A stretch of 64,000 nucleotides of DNA from Macrostomum hystrix (lineage: Eukaryota > Animalia > Platyhelminthes). Each line of letters begins with the position of its first letter. Within the stretch, counting starts at the first letter, position 1. Positions 58,601 through 64,000 of the stretch are shown piece by piece. The notes under the pieces were generated by a model. It saw only the letters and a list, made by a program, of their open reading frames with translations, was not told the DNA's origin and ran no database searches. The stretch lies in the NCBI GenBank assembly GCA_950097015.1, contig CATNEN010000038.1, forward strand, positions 17,670,001 through 17,734,000, given 5' to 3'. The position numbers and the translations under genes are program-made.

Positions 58601-60871
58601 AGGAAGCCAAATACACCAAGGCGATAATTAAATGTCACAACCACTACGCCCTGGCTAGCCAAGGCGTGACCAGGGTACAGATGAGAGCTGCCCTGAACAA
58701 AGTCACCGCCGTGTATGAAGACAAGCACAGGATAGAGTATAGTCTGAGGCTCGTATGTATTATTGGGATAAAACAGATTCAGGTAGAGGCAGTCCTCGTT
58801 AAAATCGTTGAAATTTGGAATTCTTTCTTGCATATAGGCCGGATTTTGCATGCAGGCCGATCTGAAGCGCTTGGCCTGCCACGCGTGCCTGAAAAACGAT
58901 AACGGGATCAAGTCTTTAGGTCTGGGAGAATTTGAGGATCTGGGAGAGTTGGTAGCCAAATCTGAGGATCTGGGAGAGTTGGTAGCTAAATCTGAGGATC
59001 TGGGAGGGTTGGTAGCTAAATCTGAGGATCTGGGAGAGTTGGTAGCTAAATCTGAGGATCTGGGAGAGTTGGTAGCTAAATCTGAGGATCTGGGAGAGTT
59101 GGTAGCTAAATCTGAGGATCTGGGAGGGTTGGTAGCTAAATCTGAGGATCTGGGAGGGTTGGTAGCTAAATCTGAGGATCTGGGAGAGTCGGTAGCTAAA
59201 TCTGAGGATCTGGGAGGGTTGGTAGCTAAATCTGAGGATCTGGGAGAGTCGGTAGCTAAATCTGAGGATCTGGGAGAGTCGGTACCTAAATCTGAGAATC
59301 TGGGAGAGTCGGTAGCTAAATCTGAGGATCTGGGAGAGTTGGTAGCCAAATCTGAGGATCTGGGAGAGTTGGTAGCCAAATCTGAGGATCTGGGAGAGTT
59401 GGTAGCCAAATCTGAGGATCTGGGAGGGTTGGTAGCTAAATCTGAGGATCTGGGAGAGTTGGTAGCTAAATCTGAGGATCTGGGAGAGTTGGTAGCTAAA
59501 TCTGAGGATCTGGGAGAGTTGGTAGCTAAATCTGAGGATCTGGGAGGGTTGGTAGCCAAATCTGAGGATCTGGAAGAGTTGGTAGCCAAATCTGAGGATC
59601 TGGAAGAGTTGGTAGCTAAATCTGAGGATCTGGGAGGGTTGGTAGCTAAATCTGACGATCTGGGAGAGTTGGTAGCTAAATCTGAGGATCTGGAAGAGTT
59701 GGTAGCTAAATCTGAGGATCTGGAAGAGTTGGTAGCTAAATCTGAGGATCTGGGAGGGTATGTAGCTATATCTGAGGATCTGGGAGAGTTGGTAGCTAAA
59801 TCTGAGGATCTGGGAGAGTTGGTAGCTAAATCTGAGGATCTGGGAGGGTTGGTAGCTAAATCTGAGGATCTGGGAGGGTTGGTAGCTAAATCTGAGGATC
59901 TGGGAGAGTTGGTAGCTAAATCTGAGGATCTGGAAGAGTTGGTAGCTAAATCTGACGATCTGGGAGAGTTGGTAGCCAAATCTGAGGATCTGGGAGGGTT
60001 GGTAGCCAAATCTGAGGATCTGGGAGGGTTGGTAGCTAAATCTGAGGATCTGGGAGAGTTGGTAGCTAAATCTGAGGATCTGGGAGAGTTGGTAGCTAAA
60101 TCTGAGGATCTGGGAGGGTTGGTAGCTAAATCTGAGGATCTGGGAGAGTTGGTAGCTAAATCTGAGGATCTGGGAGGGTTGGTAGCTAAATCTGAGGATC
60201 TGGGAGGGTTGGTAGCTAAATCTGAGGATCTGGAAGAGTTGGTAGCTAAATCTGAGGATCTGGGAGGGTTGGTAGCTAAATCTGAGGATCTGGGAGAGTC
60301 GGTAGCTAAATCTGAGGATCTGGGAGAGTTGGTAGCTAAATCTGAGGATCTGGGAGGGTATTTAGCTAAATCTGAGGATCTGGGAGGGTATGTAGCTATA
60401 TCTGAGGATCTGGGAGGGTTGGTAGCCAAATCTGAGGATCTGGCTTGTTTTTTGAGCAAGTTCTCACCTGACATCTAGAAAAGACGGCCTCGTGATGCGA
60501 AATCTCTGATCATTAACAGGCGGAGCGGCATATGGAATGCCTAGAAAATAGTTAACAAATCGACCCTTGGGCGCTGGCCACTGGGTCCAGGTATAGTCGT
60601 AGTCGACCCAACCTGAATGTCCAATATAAGCACCCATCCCAGCTTTGGGCACATTGACTATGACGTCATACTCATTTGGAGACAGAGCTGTTAAGTAGGG
60701 CTCATGTGTAAACAGTGAGTTTGGCACTGGAGTAAAATATGGCGTGATAAATGGCCGAAGTGCAGCTTCCCAGTTCCACCAGTGCTGGGCCAGGGCGCAT
60801 TGTGGCTGGCAGCTAAGAAACAATAGCAGCAGAGGTAGGGTCAGATAGATTGGTGCTCTGCTTAATAGCAT
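55620..60871 (-). CDS. Neuroligin-like / cholinesterase-like adhesion molecule (type-B carboxylesterase fold, catalytically inactive), 5 exons, 713 aa, type I membrane protein
   Basis: Exons 60468-60871, 58517-58888, 57767-58024, 57173-57485, 55620-56414 total 2142 nt with consistent phases. Motifs: FLGIPYAAPPV, EDCLYLNLF, PVLVFIHGG, VVVTFNYRLGVFGFL, GNYGLWDQ, FRGDPGSVTLTGEGTG, WVNFMRYENP. Signal peptide, TM IVTYVLGVVLFVCLLGLIGIIVMLV, C-terminal ESQI. Confidence 0.92.
56451..56722 (-). mobile_element. SINE family A, 5'-truncated
   Basis: Homologous to 6142-6450. Confidence 0.75.
56804..57089 (-). mobile_element. SINE family B, full length
   Basis: Reverse complement of the 46403 copy. Confidence 0.82.
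58168..58400. repeat. Degenerate 30-bp repeat (ATCTGGGATATTGTAAGCTCATAATCCTTA)n
   Basis: About 7 imperfect copies in neuroligin-like intron 2. Confidence 0.8.
58921..60443. repeat. 30-bp minisatellite (TCTGAGGATCTGGGAGAGTTGGTAGCTAAA)n in neuroligin-like intron 1
   Basis: About 50 copies with no indels in the body of the array. Confidence 0.97.
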
Positions 60872-63800
60872 TTCTAGGTTGTTTTCTTTTATTGTAATCC
60901 ACAATTATTTGCAGAAGCAATTGCTAAAATACAAGTATATTGATGAAAATATCCATGTTAATAGTGAAATATTAAGGGTTAAAAAGTGAAAAAGGACTTT
61001 CAATACAATAAATTTAATAATATTGCGTACTGCCTCATGCTCACTTTTAAGAATTTTGAAAGTGTGACAATATTCACGAATTGTCTATGATGGCTAGGCA
61101 TATTTTATATTGCACTCCTGTCTATTGAGCTACAGAAATCTTGAGTGCATAGCTAGAAAAAAACAGCTGGAATTAACGAAATTGTTCTATGTATCTGCTA
61201 GTAGATTTTTAGATGCAATTCTTAGGCTTGTGTCATAAAATGATTTAAGAAATTGATTGTAAAGCATGTGCCCATAGGATTTCAACATTAAAAAAATAGG
61301 AAGGCAAGTTTTCTTATTCAGATTGCATGCCAGTATGGTGTACAGAAACATGTATCTTTATTTAAGTGATTGAAAAGACACAAAAATTTATAAATTAACA
61401 AATTTTTACTTAAAAAAACATTTTCTGCACACCATACACTCTCTTGCCCAGTATAATACAAATCCACACAAAAATTTTCTGGCCTGCATGTCTTAATCCT
61501 AACTATCAATTGAGAGCTGCTAAAATTATTTCCTTGGTTTAAATACAACTGGGATTTGATCAAGGACTACTAAACAACACAGGATGTTACACTAGCCTTG
61601 GTATACTTATTATAGAAGGCTGGCTAAATTGTGTATTTATGGCTGATTCAACACAGCCTCAATACATTGATTCTCATTTTAGTTGTTATAGTTTGCTTTG
61701 TTATTTGTATATTTTACTTATTTTAGTCAGTTCAGGAAAATGTATTCTTAATTCCTCAATTTCTTCATTTTGTAATAGTTCTCAATAGTGATTGTGGAAA
61801 TTAGGCTAACTACTATACCTCAGAATTTTTCTGTGTTTACAATGAGGTAAACCACTTGATTTTGTAAAACCTATACCTGCAGACTAAGAATTAGCACTAG
61901 TTGAGAAAAAATTCGGATGCAGACACTGCAGAGGCACCCATAAATGACTTCACTAATTGTAAGAATTCAAGTATAGTTTTGCTTGCTGCTTAGCTTTGGC
62001 TAATGTGAGTCATGGCTTCAATCAATGGAGTTGGCTTGGCTATTTTAGCTTTATTGAAAATCAAGTTAGATAAAACTCCAGCTGGCTGAATCTGTCCAGT
62101 TTGTGCTGAAAAAACTTGCAGATTGAGAACATTGATAGTCATATTTTGTCAGTGTGAATACCTTTGTGGAAGCTGACATCTGTATGGTTGCTTGTTGCTT
62201 GATGCAAGGAAAATTATACATAGTATAGACCTAACTGTACACCTTTCTCTGCTGACATAATTGCTTTTGCAACCTTTTTATGCAACATTTACTAGCTATG
62301 TAAAAATTCAAAGTTGCGCTTACTAAGTTTCTTCATCAGTCAAACTAAAAACTAAAAAGATCAAATGAAAAGTCAAGCACCATAAAAGACAAATAATTAT
62401 AAGTTATGTGGAATCAACCATAGACACATTATTAACCCAGTCTTCTGAAAAAATCACAAAATGCTAGTGTAATGTGACAATGTCCAGTGTTTGGTGTTGT
62501 TTAGTAGACCATGGATTGGATTGGAAATGGATACAGTATTGCTTGTAATTATGTTTGTGGTTGCAATACAAGAATGTAGATTAAACATTGTTTATAACAT
62601 TAACAGATATACAGATAACATTAAATATATTTTTCCTTTGCACTTGTTAAGACGTTAGACCAAATATAGATTACAAATATTCGAGTTTGGGTATTTCTTC
62701 TTGTTGTTGTTCCGGCTTACTTTTCTTGGAAAGTATACATTTTTTAAACTAGTGCTATTTTTATCGCTTTAACAAATGAAACAAAATATATATATACTTT
62801 TTTATGTTAAGGTTCCTTAATACTAATAAAACCAATTTAAAAAGTTTCAGTTTAAGTAATACTCTTTTACTCTTGACATGCGCATGGTACAACAGCAGCT
62901 TCTGTGTCATATTTAAGTCGTGCATTTTGTTTTTTTTTGCGAAACTATTATTTTCTATAATCGCGTAGACTTCGCAATAATTTTTCTAACAGGTAAACTA
63001 TCTAATCAAGCCATATTTAATTCAGTACAAAGGAGGCTAGGCTTATTTTTATTCTTAGTACTCTTATTACTCTAATTACTATTCTAAATGGCAGTGTTAG
63101 AGGTTTGGTAAATTTGGTCAAAATTAAATTCAAGGACGTAGAATAATATTGTAAATATATTTTTCCGCTGGTTTAAAAAATGTTTGTATTTTTAATTTCT
63201 ATTTTTAGTATTTCTGATGCTATTTATCGTCTTTTTAACGAGCACTCTGCTATATATATTGCTAGTAATTGTCCAATCGATGAATAAATCTCGATATAGT
63301 AGGTGCCTGTTCAGGGATGCCTAAACTTTGTGCCCGAAGGGGCTGCCAGGTCAGGTAGTCCCCCAGTCTCCTAGGGTTAGTCCCTAGGGTTCCACTATCA
63401 CTGTGGATAAACGAACTAGATTTGACGCGCTGCTGACCTGCTAGCCAGGTAAGGTCAGTACCATCAAGTAGTTGGTTAGCCTGTGCAAGTCTCTGGTCTT
63501 CCTCACCGACTGGGATATAACCGCAAAATAGCTTTTTATGGTTTTATCCGAGAAAAAAAGCTATTCTGCTGTTTTATCATTTTTTTAATGTTTTAGACAC
63601 TGTATCAACGCCATAGACAACGAGGATAAAAACTAATGATTTGAGGGCTAGTCCGTGGTACAGCGACCAAGCCTTTAAACTGGCTGATTGTTAGTTTTTA
63701 ACAAAAATAGTCAGATCTACGGTACCCTTATAAATTTCGATTTGTTACAGAGCTGTTTATAAGTATACGCAGTATTTACGTAATTTTGTCTATACGAAAA

Positions 63801-63892
63801 GAATATTTATATGGTGCTGGACCAGTGAGTGCATGGTTCGATCCCAAGTAATTGACCAACTATAAATCCATGTATAATTATTAATATTTATT

Positions 63893-64000
63893 GCACCTCC
63901 CCCCAATTGGGCCGCTGTTCAGTCCGTGGACTGGGGGGACGCTAAACCCACCCTAAATTACGCCAGTTGATGCTGGTACCCATTTAACAGCTGGGTGAGC
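63893..64000 (-). mobile_element. SINE family B, cut by the window edge
   Basis: GCTGTTCAGTCCGTGGACTGGGGGGACGC...GCTGGTACCCATTTAACAGCTGGGTGA. Confidence 0.72.

Overview
Eukaryotic (invertebrate animal) genomic DNA with GT-AG spliced genes and a very high load of tandem arrays, which fill roughly 40% of the window by eye. The style resembles the flatworm Macrostomum, but that is inference only. From splice sites and phase continuity I reconstructed: (1) the first 17 coding exons (786 codons) of a divergent IP3-receptor-like (ITPR) channel gene, minus strand, running off the left edge; (2) a complete 6-exon gene I cannot assign to a family, encoding a 407-aa signal-peptide, Cys-rich, probably GPI-anchored or membrane-anchored protein; (3) a GPCR-like terminal exon; (4) a frameshifted Tc1/mariner-IS630 transposon with 138-bp TIRs and DD30E spacing; (5) intronless mitochondrial ribosomal protein L32; (6) a 5-exon, 713-aa catalytically dead neuroligin-like cholinesterase-family protein. 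There are also two tRNA-derived SINE families (one CORE-like), a hAT MITE and more than 25 distinct minisatellites. The most unusual signal is two intronic arrays made of repeated 3' splice-site sequence. In ITPR intron 2, about 62 copies of the real acceptor plus the exon start are present, and only the last is productive. In neuroligin-like intron 1, about 50 copies of a phase-compatible, stop-free cryptic acceptor could add variable-length Ser/Thr/Pro-rich repeats. Most long ORFs in the supplied track are repeat artefacts.
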